Source: Stylophora pistillata (lineage: Eukaryota). From it: a stretch of 64,000 nt of DNA. Under the pieces are notes generated by a model. The model made no database searches. It had not been told where the DNA came from and saw only the letters and a list, made by a program, of their open reading frames with translations. Every line of letters begins with the position of its first letter. The stretch's first letter is position 1. This document shows, piece after piece, positions 12,196-25,600 of this stretch. Location: NCBI RefSeq assembly GCF_002571385.2, contig NW_019217796.1, forward strand, positions 1,029,434 through 1,093,433. Direction: 5' to 3'. The position numbers and the translations under genes were made by a program.

Positions 12196-14967
12196 GCTTG
12201 CATTTTAACTTCCATTTAAGTGGGTGTTCAAGATGTTTCCTTGTGGCTCTATAAAAACTTCAATTCAATTACGAAAGGGTTGTTTTCTAAACAATAACTA
12301 TGTTTCGAGGTGTTGAACTCCTTTTGGCTTTTCTAATCTTGTAGAAAACAGACAATTGGTTAACGCACAAGGCCTCGGAGCGATATTACATTCACCACAG
12401 ATGCAAATAGAAAGTTAGTTTGTAAGTCGATTAAACGCGCGTTTTCCTGGATAGACTGAATTCTTTTTTTTTCTCCTGAAATTTAGCACCACTATCTCAT
12501 ACCTTTTCAACTTTATTTTGTACACATGAATATATTTTAATCAGTCATTTGAACGGTGCCATCCCAGTGCTAAAAGTTTTGACTGATGCGACAGGTTACT
12601 AAAATCCGTAGAAAATATAACTAGGTACGAAGTGAGGATTGTCAAAGGAGTTTCTTTTAAGCTTTTTACTTTACCTTTATTAGTCTGTTCGCTCTTTTGC
12701 CAATGTTGTTTTAAATTAAATAGATTACATTAACACACCTCAACAAGAGATCAACCTGTAATCGTTTTTATAGAATGGGACTATTTTCTAGCGCTCGGGA
12801 GAAAAATCACTGAGTGAACCGATGTAGAATGCGAGTAGGGATTCCACAACCACGCAGACTAAAGCAATATTGATATCTTTAGTAAGCAGCCAAGGTTTTA
12901 TCAAATTCAGCGTCAGTCGATGTTACTTATTTTGATCGAATATCAGTTTTAATCGGAGTTTAGATACACTATATAAACGTGTTTCTCATCTTTACCTCTT
13001 TTGCCAAACGTGAATTTTCAGCCGCATTTTTCACCAAACTACTTGTCTCTAATGACTAATCGATATGGGACATATATCATACTTATCTTGTTCGGAGTTA
13101 ATGTGTATAATTCAGTGTATGATTGTGATGTTTTTATACCCATATTTTATGGCTGCAACAGCAAAATGAATCAAAGAACGAGTGAAAAACATACCTGATA
13201 TGATGATTAAATTTTTTGAAGGATTTCTTTAACTGAGGACTTTCAATGGATTTCCCTTTCGCTTTTAAGGTCGCCTTTTCTCAGGTCTTTGTCAATAACC
13301 TAACAGGTGGCTCTGCTGTTTGAAGTTTAAAGCTCACCGACACAAACACACCTATGACGGGCTCACGTGTAAAATTTTTCAACAATGAAGGAAGTTTTTT
13401 GAATATATCAACAAAGTTGAAATGGTAAATTGGCCATCGTTACGATTAAAGGAAGTTAATCGCAACTGACAAGGGGCGTGTGGAAGTCGTTTAGTTGTCA
13501 ACGTTTACGGTTAATTGACGTAGACCCAAGGCTCCATTTATTTACACGACAAAACATCAACGTAAACACTTTCGTTTGTTTTTAGAGGGATTTTCACCAG
13601 ATCCAGCGCGCAACAAAGTAATGCATTGCATTCTGGCCTTTCTTACCGTCCGTTTAGCACCGTCAGTTTTTGTAATCCCTCTTTATTTGCATATAATAAA
13701 AGAACTAGTCAATTCACTACCTTTGCATCAGGTCTCTTAATAAATTTTACACCTTTCTCGAAAACGGAAAATTTTTACAATCTCATAGTATTGATTCTAT
13801 AGATAGCTTCCTGTATGCTTCCCGCCAATATCTTTATTCGTAAAAATTCAATTAGCCTAGCTCCCAGAAGTTTCTCCTGGTCAGGAAAGTTAGACTTTGC
13901 ACGTATTTTATGATTTAGGGAACTTCGTGTCTCCTTCCTCTTTTTTAGATAGATCTCGCCGCCGTTTTAGTCTAAGGTGTAGTTGTAAACATTATGTTAA
14001 GGTTAAAAATCTCTTATTAAGCCCTAGGTCTCGACCAAAACTCATTTCAGTTGTTGAGTTTCACAGACATAATGAACTGAAATGGATTTGCAACTTCTGT
14101 CGATAGCGAAGATTGCATTTATTTTTGAAGTCAGGGGCTTTTCCAGCGAAAAAGAGATATTTGGAAAATTCAATTTTAATAACAAGCGCATGTAGTGGCT
14201 GAAAACGTTCACGCATGGCTATCCACAATGTTACCGGCTAATTCTAAATGCTTTTGTTCCGAGAAAAACCATCGTGAGATGATTATCGCACAATTTTATC
14301 TACCGACAATAGCGCAGGTTGAACATTTTAAGTTAATTGACGAATTATTACGAATAAAAAATGTTTAACTCTTCAGTATTGCTTTTTCGGCTGTTCTTTG
14401 TTGTTTTTCGTTTGCTTTTTTTCTTCCTTTTTTTCCCATTTTTTTTCTTGTTTTGAACTTTAATTTAGATCATAAATTTAAAGCTACCGAACATAAAATG
14501 AAAGGATAAGAAATAATATACACAACAGCCATTAACCAGTTTGAAAAGACAAGGTTTGGAATGATAAAGAAATAATTACACGTAAAGCATTTAGATCAAC
14601 CCATCTGTGATGCACGCTAACAGCACCACCTAATACAACAACACATTATCAACACTTATAATCGATTTTTCACGGCCTGGTTTTTAGCACGAAAATGATG
14701 TTTTCGGTTAGATATTGATATGTATTTTAATCTTACCGCAAACTCCGGAGCTGGACCCAATAAACGAGATATTATCGAAAGTCGGTAACATCCGTTTTGT
14801 AGTTTTATTATATTTGCTTTGAATTAGCGAACGAACCGATTTACTGACAAGTAAATAGAATGTTATTTTAAAAAATACATATTGCGTTTGGTAACATGAA
14901 ATTCAAGTCACGTTGTGCTATAACGATTAACAACAGCAGGTGACTGTTCCTTTCACTTACATGAGTT

Positions 14968-15147
14968 ATTCTCCTTACCGTCTGCCATACTAGTCTTATG
15001 ATGTTAGTTGGGCGAATTTGGTATAGGATCCACTAATAATCCCCTAATTGATATTTTTCTTTATTCTCATCACTTGTCTGCTTGATCTTGTATTGATATT
15101 GTAAGGAGAAATTCTGCCTTGGTCACTCGTGGGAGTGAAAGGGTTAA
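14968..15147 (-). mobile_element. Partial TTAA-ended (piggyBac-like) MITE
   Basis: Ends gggagtgaaagggttaa; related in the opposite orientation to the 58732-58943 element. Confidence 0.55.
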
Positions 15148-15151
15148 TTAA

Positions 15152-15586
15152 TAATAATAATTGAACTGAATGGAGTGCAATTTGGGCTGAATTCATACGC
15201 GTGACTTCAAGATCGAACAAGCGCGCAGCGCGAGTTCGATTTGAAATCACAAGTATGATTTCAGACCAAAATTGCACGACACGAGGTTCAATTACCACTT
15301 TATTACATCTATTTTGAAATCGCCCAAATACAGGACTTGGTCAATTCAAATATTTTACTGATGCAGTACTGAGCCGGTTTTTAAATAAAAAGCGGAACCG
15401 GAAACGCTTTTACATCTTATTTTGTATGCAAAACAGAAAGACTTTGACATCATGTGTCAAAAACTCAGTCAAGCGTAAAATGATGCGATTTAGAGCAAAA
15501 AATGGTGCGATTCGTGAATAAATCGCACCAATTAGAGCCAATCAGTTTACAGGGACCACCAGTGATTTCAAAATAGATGTAATAAA
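15152..15586 (+). mobile_element. Non-autonomous double-hairpin element with internal antisense circle junction
   Basis: Left end aattgaac pairs with gttcaatt (about 15286); adjacent ttattacatctattttgaaatc (15299-15321) pairs with right end gatttcaaaatagatgtaataa; central gcgcagcg. Confidence 0.75.
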
Positions 15587-16429
15587 CCAAGAAAAGAACA
15601 CGTCTACGTTAACTGACTTCAATTCACTCACGCCTACCTTTGATTATTTAAAACATCCGAATCGCTAAGACGCACTTGGATTGGTAGACCACAATGTAAA
15701 TTTCACGAATTAAGATAGTATAGAAAATGGCAGACTAAGCGCGCAATGTTTTGTGGTTGATTAGGATAACCTGATCAATTTGGGTCTATCAATGCTACGG
15801 TTACCCTGGGGTTCATCTAACTGCCAAATGAAAGCTTTCTGGGAATCGGAATTTTTTTTTTTATGTAACACTGTTTTTTCTTAACCCACGCTGGTTAACA
15901 CGCATGGTTATTTGAAGAAAAATATTAACAGTTAAATCTCTCGTTAGCGGAAAAATTGGAAAAGTGTCCGATTGTAGAAATATCCGCCCAGGGAAATCAC
16001 TTTTCATTTACAAATTGGTTCCAGACTCAAGGAAGTTTGATATATATCATCGTTGACTTTTGAATTCAAAGTTCGTCATCTTATTGGTTTTCTTGTTTGA
16101 AAGGCAGAAAAAGTAATAATGGTATAACCTGTCGATTCATCTTGATAAGAGCAAATAGGTTTTATTTAGAATAAAACTGTTAACCCAGGTTGAATTTGAA
16201 TGACAACTCCTTCGCATAGAACGTCCAGGTGAAGAGTAAAATTTACAAACTAAAACTCATCATCTGGCTCCACGCTTGCTTCTTGCTCGCGTTCTGAACA
16301 CAGTGGCTTGGTTTTCCCGTTCTGTCTTGATCACATTTCGCTGTTTCGAGCCAACTCACAGATGAGAAAGTACAATTTGTCCTCTCAAAGTTAAGTTTCT
16401 TAAACCGTGACGACGACTATGCCAAAATT

Positions 16430-18810
16430 ATGCCTCGGAGGCGTTTTTTCTATCCCATTCTTAGAATGATGTGTATCTTGTGTTTCGGTCACGATAAAAA
16501 GGTGCTGAGAAAAATTCGGAAAGTTTTATTGAAACTCAACGTTTCTATCTACGAGTTAATCAGTCAGATATTACACGCCGAGCCTGTCCATGATGTCATC
16601 CAGTGCGGTGCAAACGTACTGCCTCAGAACATCAGGATGCCCGTCCTTCAATTTTAGACTAAGTGCAGAAGTTGACGGGGTTCACTTGTGTGAGTTACTA
16701 GCTTCAGACAAGTTCAAAAACCCAACGAGGTTTGAGCCAAGTGAAGAATTTCACCACTTCAGTATCCTATGCTCGTGAGAAACTTATTTTTTACTTATTT
16801 CATACTATTTTGTCTTCATTAATTTGATATGCTGTTCTATGGACCGCAAAGGTTATTATAAAAGAGCGATTTATAAATTAAACACTTACAGGTGGCCTTA
16901 CCTTATTTGAACGAAATGTCCATGAACCAGAGTCAGTTGACACATGGCCGCGCGGAGTGATGCGGATTTATTGTTTGAGCGTGAGCCGAGATACCGTTAG
17001 AACAAGAAGACAAACCTTTTCAAACGAGGACCGTGAGTGACTAAATAAACACGAAATCATAAACAGGGTGATGTTAGCGAGGAGAGAAAAAGGTTGGGTT
17101 GCGTAAAGGAGGGAACCTGGGACGGGATGCTACCCGACCCAGGTTTCGCGCCCTCGCTTTTTTCTCTCCTCCGTTTAACGAACCGAACGTATGAAATATT
17201 TAGATCCACGAAGGCTTGAACTGACACATTTCTAGGGCAACAAATGTTGTGATCACCTGCATGCAAACTCAACTCAAGAAAATGAATTTTCATCTCAACC
17301 TTAAATATAGAAATAAACTGAGACATCTCGTTTACGTTTCTTTTTCAGGCTGACAGATTACTTATATTTGTGTGTTTCATATAATTACAGTCGTTGTGAA
17401 CACGGGCCGTGTCAGTATGGCTCTGCCTGTGTACCACTCTATGAGACCCATAGTTTTGTGCGCCATTGTGTTCCTGGATACTACGGAGTCTTCTGCGACC
17501 AGAAAGGTTGGTGGGGGGTCTAATGTGACAATGCAATGCTAATCCCAGTATAGTAACATATTTTTTCTTGTTGATTCCCTTGTTGTTTAATATTGGTGAA
17601 CGAAGATGTTGTTCAGTGAATGACAGAGTAATAAGTAATTAGGACGCTCTGCTATTGGGCTATAGAAGACCCGTGGCAGGCTGGGTACTAGTCTAACTAG
17701 GTCCACAGTGACCAAACTCGTGCAGATTGCTTGGATGAGAATGACGATATGTGATGCTTGTGCACAATTATGATGTAAATAAAGATGGTAAATATTAAGC
17801 ATGGCGATTTAAGTGAAAGATGATGTTGTTCAGTGCATGACGCGGACATACTCGGGGAAACTGAAAGAACTGCGAGTCTGACCAGCAGTTCGGACGTTCA
17901 ACCATTAAGCTGTGGGAGACTGGTGGTAAGCTGGGCTCCAGGCTATAGCTATTTACTAGATTATCTGAAGAACTAATCTGAAGGTCATAGGTTCAACTTC
18001 TATTGGGAACACTTGGAATTTTATTTTCCGAGTTTGCTCGAGTCATTCACTGATTAACATCATCTTTCACCTAAATCCCCAGGCTTAAAATGAACCATCT
18101 TCATTTACATCATCGTGTTGCTACATTTTTCGAATAACTATTTTCTTTATCAAAACCTGGGCAGTTATAGAATTCCATCCTTCATCTCTAGGAATATCTA
18201 GCCAATCTGTCTTAAAAAAAAAAAGCAAGTGAAGTGTGCCGCTGCCCTGAACGCTCTCACGAGTATTATTTGCTTTCTTACTCAGTGCGCTAGCACCTGC
18301 TGCCAGACTAAATTAAAAAGATCATGATAGTTTTTAGTGTTTCTTCATCAATGAAATGCCATTTTTTTAAATCAATTTTCAGCCTTTCCAGTGCGGCGGA
18401 AGGTAAATAGAAGAGACCACTGTTTTGGAGCCCGAGATAATTCTTTTGGTTCATTCACAATACTGGTCAGTGGTTATATTCTGGAGTTCAAACTGGTCCA
18501 TTTAAGAGGCAAAGTCTCCGGCGTGAAGTACTGGGAGTAACTAGGGTTGCCGTAAAGAGTGTGCACTTTTTACATTTATCACTGATAATAGCAACACAGT
18601 TATTTTCCCACAGTTGTCGAAATACAACCATATCTACTTTCTGGAATGCACTCTGAATCCCCCGAGCTGATATTCGACCACCTAACCGTACCCCTGAGGG
18701 TAGCATCTGGCCAAGAGTTAAGAGTGTGGTATAGAGAAGATTTGCTGAATACTTTTGATAGTGATAATGATGGCGAAACATGCATGGACGCTTATGCGCT
18801 GTGCCCTTAG
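16430..18810 (+). pseudogene. Three-exon pseudogene of a secreted PAN/apple-like + EGF + CFGARDN-domain protein
   Basis: Exon 1 about 16430-16774 (C..CL..CPSFNF..CELLASDK..FHHFSI; frameshift near 16616); exon 2 17391-17506 EGF with the 4th Cys as CGC (Arg); exon 3 18383-18810 (CFGARDNSFGSF..KLVHLRG..SN*GC..ELIF..GQELRVWY.EDL..TC.DAY) with two frameshifts and TAG at 18542-18544; splice phases 2 and 1 match. Confidence 0.8.
17597..18110. mobile_element. Tandem plus inverted copies of a tRNA-derived SINE-like repeat (family of 46605-46880), in a pseudogene intron
   Basis: gatgttgttcagtgaatgac at about 17606 and a variant at about 17822; reverse complement gtcattcactgattaacatcatctttcac at about 18042-18070. 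Confidence 0.55.
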
Positions 18811-19504
18811 AAACGGAACGTTTGTTCGCTGAGAATTCGACTTGAAAATGAAATTCAGCAGATATGCTTAACTTGTAATCAGAACGCATGCTGCAAGGTC
18901 GTGTCTGGCAAAGACTACTTAACAGCTGGTTGGAATCATTGTGTCAAGAAGCTTAAGTAAGTAGGGTACTCAAGTTCGCCCTATGCGCTGACTGATTATC
19001 GCATAAGAAGATCGAAACCACAGCAAATGAAGGAGTTCTAAGTATGGTCATCACAAATTTTCTTTGGTCGGTAACAAAGAGATTAGAACATATGAAAGCT
19101 GTTTAGTTGCATCTCGTAGTATCTACAAGAGTTTAAAAAGATGGCAAAGTTTCCGCGCTTTTAATTCCATGTAAGGCGGAAGTAACGAACATAAGTCTTA
19201 TACTTTTTTTAAGAAAAAAATCAGAAATGAGAAACATGCAACCACAAGAAATTCCTAAAAACCTAATGAGTGTCTCATTTGGCGATTTAGCGTTGTGCAA
19301 GTGCTGATGTAATTACATTAGGAGACTGCATAGAAATGAGATCAAAGGCATTTTTTATTTACAAATGTGTACACTGATTAAGTCGTTTCTACTACCTCAG
19401 GAAAGTGATTCGTCACATGTCCCTGTGACCTAAAATGTTTTCGCTCGTGCCATTTCGATTTTACATTTTCATGCTAAGCAACATGATTTTTCTTTGATTT
19501 TTTC

Positions 19505-19704
19505 AGATATAATCTAAGACAGTCCAGGGCTTATGCCATGCCCCGTACACATACAAATCGTTTCAAGAACACTTTTATTCCAAGTATGTGTAAATAAATT
19601 TTTTTTAGACTAGTTTGTACAGAGTCACATATAGAGAGTTTTTCGCATTTATGGTTTTATTATAATCTCAATTTGTATTTGGAATTCATTTATTCCTAGT
19701 TCTA

Positions 19705-19750
<46 letters not shown>

Positions 19751-19775
19751 CTAATAAACTATCTATCTATCTATC
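19505..19775 (+). mobile_element. 3' end of a CR1/L2-group LINE
   Basis: Translates RYNLRQSRAYAMPRTHTNRFKNTFIPSMCK*, typical of an ORF2 C-terminus; then aataaa and a (CTAT)n tail. Confidence 0.75.
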
Positions 19776-20001
19776 TTTTCTAATAAGGGACCAGCAAAGT
19801 GTCTCGTATCCTTGTCTTTATTCTAGTTGTCTTTGACAGAGTTTAAGGGAGGAATATAGCAAATTGACTATGGGAGATAAACTTTACTCCCGCACAACTC
19901 AAATACTCAACCACCACCCACCCCCCCTACCAGCTTTCAGAGTATAAATAATAATGGTCCCTGATGAATAGTATTTACTCTCGATTCATGTTTTAATTAA
20001 T

Positions 20002-22661
20002 TCAAGTGACTTCAGGTATCGTAGTCACCGTGCAGTTCAGCTGTATCGTTCCTGAACTGCGGTCTAAGTTCAGTTCTTTCGAGCTGGCTTCATGTATGTT
20101 GGTAACCGTGCGCTCGATATCAGCAGACCGAGATAATGATGTACAGCGGATGATTGACACAAATGCACGCCTGTAGTCTGACCTGCGCACCGTGTAAATG
20201 AAGACATTCACAACCGAATTTAAATGTAACAGCCACACAACTGAAGTAGTTACTATTGGTGAGACGTAGATCTGAGTCAACGCCATGAATCCCCGCGTGA
20301 TCAGAAACGGGATCCATAAAATCAGAAACACAAAGATTACCACCAGAACAGCGACTGTAGCCTTGCCTTCAAATCCTGCACGAAGATAAAAACGATGTTT
20401 GTATCAGATGTTATTCAGCATAATATATTTTTCTTTGTTCTTCTCTATTTGAAGGCCTCAATGGGTTTAACCGTTCGCCGTAAAACGGTGCCGGCCGAAA
20501 AAAAGAATACCCTTTTCACAATTTGGGCGAGCGAGTGTTTATGTTCATTATTTTCTTAGCGAAATATGGCCGCCGTCCTTGAATTTAATGGAAGCGGAAG
20601 GCTGGAGAAGAGAATGAAATTTGTACTAAGGGAGGGAGTGCCAGCCAAAAATAATGAGAGGGGCTGGGGTGGGGGGTCTGAATATTACGTTTTCTCGCCC
20701 CCTCCCCTTACCGTCGACTCTGACACCAAATTAAACATGGCCGGTTCAATAACGATCGCGCGCTTCAAACGTTAACTTGCCATAATAAACACCTGCACTA
20801 CAGGCTACAATATGCTTATTCTCCATACTGTTCTCTATACGTTTCCTTAGGTGCTGACAAGGAGAATTTGTTCAACATNNNNNNNNNNNNNNNNNNNNNT
20901 AATCAAAAGAACCATAATCCTTTTGTAGCCTGTTGAATTTCGGTGGGAAAATAAGACCTAGAAGGTAAAACATTTTTGTCTCGTGTAAGAGGTGGTGTGC
21001 GATCTGGATGCCTAAGCTGCCTGCTTTGTCGCATTTTTAAACTATGGAGAGCGAGCCGAATTAACCGCCGAACTTTGAAAGCCCCAAACGAGTGATTTTG
21101 AAGCTTTTTGGCAGAAAAAAAGTAATGAACTATTAAGCTTTATTCGGAGCTGATTTTTTTTGAAGACTGACTGCTAGCGAAAGATTCTAGAGGCAATATA
21201 CTTGAACTACATTTATAACGGCCATGTAAATGCCACAGGACCCATTACCATAGAAACCCGAAACCACGGATATTTAAGATGGTAAGCCTGTGATTACAGG
21301 AGATAAATGTAAATATGATTGCGTAATCATGTGGGTATATACTTCCTAAGTTATTTTACATGTCCTAATGACTGATTTATTTTCTTCATCTTTATTTCTT
21401 ATGCATGAATTTATCATTTTTTATCATTCCACAGCACGCTTCATAAATTTAATTTTTCTATCAAATAATTCAAAACCTTTCTTGTATCAGCACAAATAGA
21501 AAGCCTTCTTTCTGAAAACACTTTTCGTAGTTTCTAGATCACTGCACCGGAACTTAGCAATTTGTGAAGCATGAGAACGTAACGAGATCTCTCACTTTCC
21601 GGTAGCAACGTAGGTACACGATTATTTCGGGGCTTTATCTATCGAGTTGATAAAGCAAATTGGCCTGTTTATAGAGTTTCTACAAAGCTGACATTTCGAG
21701 TGTTAGCCCCATGTCAGAGCGAAACATGTTTGTTTACGGTTTCTTGGCTCTATGAGAGAATTTTTTTCTTTTTTTTTCGAAAACAGGCAAACACTTCGTT
21801 TGATTGAATACAGGCAGTTCTCCGGTCAAACCGGCGGCGACTGCTGATTGATGAGAACAAAACAAACGAGAAATCAGAGCACAAAATGAGCACAAACATT
21901 TGCCTCAGGAGAATCATTAATAGGTGAACTTAGTAATGAATATGGTAATAAAAATTAGAGTACTTGCCTGTAAAAACACTCTTTTTCCTTCTTGTTCGGT
22001 CAATACTAAATCTTTCCGTGTCTATCCACTTTTTCTGCCGTATTGCTATGATTAGAACACGCAAACTCATAATAAGTAGGAGGAAAAATGGCAGCACAAT
22101 GTTAAACAGTAAAACCAAAATACTGAGCCATAATGGAGTTCCCTCCCACGCCACACCACAGTCTAAACTTTGTGTAGAAAACTCGATATTAGCCGAAAAC
22201 GAAACCAGCACAACGAAAACGACTCCTTGCGTCCAGCAGTACACGATCATAATGGTGATTGTTCGAGTTGTCACGCGAGAGATGTATCTCAATGGGTCGC
22301 TCACCGCAATATATCTCTCAATTGCTAACATGACAAGCGTTATAGTTGAGCAGATGTAGAACGGATACGACAATATTCCGCCAACTTTGCAGAGTAATCC
22401 ATTGTCCACAATAATGTTGAGATCCAACACGGTAGCTAATTGAAATGGCATCAAAATGGACGCCGTGAGAAAATCGCTTACCGCGAGATTTAGGATCAAA
22501 TAGCTGTTCACTGCTCGCCGAAGACGTTTGAATCGAATAATTGCGATTACGACAAGTACATTTCCACACACTCCAAATACGATAATTACCCCTAGCGTGG
22601 TTACTAGAATATATTTTTCTGTCGTTGTCCACCAATGCATCGGCGCAAGTGTTGTTTCCAT
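20002..22661 (-). CDS. Class A GPCR, about 355 aa, two coding exons (22661-21968, 20375-20002), GC-AG intron
   Basis: METTLAP start; GN, LAVSD, ERY, WIPF motifs; TM6-7 in exon 2; phase-1 donor AG/GCAAGT joins phase-1 acceptor tgcag/GA giving ...SVFTGFEGKATVAV... Confidence 0.88.
21623..21725 (-). mobile_element. Degenerate Penelope/retrozyme-type repeat with a decayed hammerhead core
   Basis: Minus strand cgctCTGACAtggggctaacactcGAAAtGTCagc followed by ggccaattt...tatcaactcg; related copies at about 35895-35938 and 57677-57860. Confidence 0.5.
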
Positions 22662-25600
22662 GATTAAAACAACACCAGCCTGGCGTCTGAAAGCTGCTCT
22701 TGTATACAAGATGGCGAATAGACTTCTCAGAGACACAAGATAGTTTGGCAATTGAAAAATGCTCTCACTCACTGTAACAAAAATGTAATACATAGATAAA
22801 CATAAGGTTATATTTTGATCTCTGATATCTTAAGAATGATATCAATATTTCCCGTTCTCCTAATCCATTTTGACCCCACGGATTAGTGGGGGAAAATTCT
22901 CGAATATGTTGAAATTCATAATCTTGCATTTTTATGCCTATGTTTAGGTAATTTCTATCCTCAGGTAATTCATAAAAGCAGCCGGAATAACATGGGCCCT
23001 TTTCGCTTCTCTCTTTTTTACTAAATTTCTTCCAAACAATTATGACGGATAAAATTACTCTACTGATTGGCCGTGATATCATGGACTTTGAAGCAGCAGA
23101 ACTGAGAACTGTCAAACAGAGGGTGAAATTCTTTAACGAGATTTAAAAGATATTTAGATGTCATTGTCCAGTTGATTCTCACATTATGTAAACAAAACCA
23201 GTGTTCAATGCATTACACAATTTTTGCAGCTAGATAACCTGATAAAGAAAAGATCAAGTTGTTATAATATTAATTTGTTTACCACGGCCAAATGGTTTAC
23301 ATTGTCATCCACACTATTAGATTAAATCTGATTTAAGAGATTGAATGATTTAAGCGTTTGATCTTTCGATGATTTCTTGAAGAAAATTTCATCACTTTGT
23401 AGAAATGTCAGCTACGCTGCGTACTTGAAATTCACTGAATGTGGTTAGCTTTAGTTAAGTTATTCATAGTACTTCCGCAAAAGCGAAATAAGCTTCTAGT
23501 TACGAAAAAGCTTCTAGTTACTTCATGCGATCGAGTTGAATATTCTTTAGGTTTAACAACATCTTCGCGTAAAAGTGTAAAAAGGAAAACACAATAAAAC
23601 TCACCAAATAAACAACAAATCTTATTCTCGTTTACCTTGAAATCTTGAAAATTTGATCAACAAAGCTTCATTCAGAGGCAGTCGATCCTTGCCGAACGTG
23701 CATATATTCAAGTCTATTTAATCAAAAGAACCCTGGGCTTCCTGAAACAATGTGAGTCACTTACTTACCAAAATTTCGGTCAGTGACGACATGTCACGAT
23801 TCTCATGAGAAATCTACTTGAATTAAACATTCATATGTGGAGTCTTTAACGGCCCAAGGATAAAAAAACTGTAAATGAAAATCAAGTTAGTCTGATAAAC
23901 AAAGTCGACGCGTAAACAAAGTATGACGCGTCACGTGGGATATGGCTTATTACTCTTTATCTAAAAATAAAGCGCGTGAAGTAAATGACGTAATGGCCTC
24001 TGTAAGTGAAACCTTGGGAATAAGCTAGAATTTTGGTCTACCCTTATCCAATTTTTTTCTGCTTCTTTCTCTTCTTCGGTTAAGAATCTACTCTAATTTT
24101 ACGTTTCCTGTATGAGGCATGGCGTAATTCACACGACAGGGAAACAATAATAGTAGTAATTGATATCACTTCAAAGACACCGCGCCCGTTAAGGCCTTGA
24201 ATAAAGTTATTCAATTCAAATTCCTGTCTTAGCATGTTGTGTGCATTGACGTGTTGCTTAGCCTTGGGTTTTACGTAGATATGGCAAATGTTTATATCTA
24301 AGTATCACGTACGGGTAAGTTGAGATGGCTATCAGCAGCTTTAAAAGATATATATATATATATATATATTTTAATTCACATCGTTTTATCAATTTCTCAC
24401 TGAGTCCTCATAATGAAATATTTGGCATGAGTAATAAAACAAACAAAAAAAAATTAGAGGAATAAATCTATTTTAGACTGTACATTCAAGGTACTTTCAG
24501 TTATGTCAAGGCGATATCGAGTACATCACCAAAAGAACTTTAAAAATCAGTTTAGGTAGTGATAAAAAGGGAATGGAACTTCGCATATGTATATTTCTCA
24601 ACAGTAAACAGGAAATAGAGGAGAGAAACAGAAAAAGAAGGGAAAAATCCCAGAGATTGACACGTTCACCTTTGAAGAGCTTCCTGAACACTCCCTTGGG
24701 TCATGATAGAAATAGCAAGGGCAAAAATAGCATCTCTTTCTTTAATATTAATCTTAACTTCCTTCATAATAGAGAAAAGAATATTGCAGAGATGCCGAGC
24801 TTGAAGGATGTTGCCTCACTAGTTCACCAGTTGACATGTGGCGCCAAGGATATCCAAAATGTAAAAATTTTATGGTCTACCAAGCATTTATCGTCCACAG
24901 GCGGAAGATCTCTGAAATAAACTTTTCGGATAATGTGTTTGAGGTGGTGGGATTATAATTTGTGTTGAAAATAGAGTTACTTCAAATTTCCTCATTAAAC
25001 TCGGACGGTATTAAAATTGTGGTCGAGGAAGCTGTGAAGAATATATGAGTTTATCATTTAATCTTGAGCATTCGAAGATTCAGGAGTTTAAATTGGATCT
25101 TTGCTGGTATGGAATGATTATCAAGAACTCATGGTTTCTTTAGAGCATTTCATCAGTAGCGCATAACTTTTGAAAACTTCAGATATTCGTATCAGTTCCA
25201 GCTACATAAATTTTGATCCGCCCTTCCTCCCCTCCCCAAGAACGCAGATAAAGTTATTACTTAACTTTCTAAATATCCTTTAAAACTTTCAATGGAACTT
25301 GTACTCTGATTGTTTGAAATATTCACCGTTCGTTATCAGAGCACAGAAACACGTTAAAGCTTAATCTATGCTGGTTTTTGGTAAGCATCATTCGAATAAC
25401 TTTATTACATGCCGTACGGGTACAGGCCGGTTTGGTGTTTCAAAACATTTTGCTTAGCTTTATCAGTAGCTTTTTTTCATTTTGTTTTCTAAGAATCTTG
25501 TTTGTTCGGCCTACAATGAGTTCTAATTTTTTCACTGACCAACTAGGTCTTTGCTCTTCTCTATTGAACAAGCTCTTACGGAAAGTGGCAAAATCTTCTA

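Noticed and set aside
21964-22359. Antisense or alternate-frame ORFs over the GPCR, IRF and iGluR exons
   Set aside because: Shadows of real coding sequence with no recognisable motifs
22662-22793. Longer N-terminus of the second GPCR in the ORF track (MYYIFV...)
   Set aside because: A ctttcag acceptor at about 22687 lies between it and METT; probably intronic
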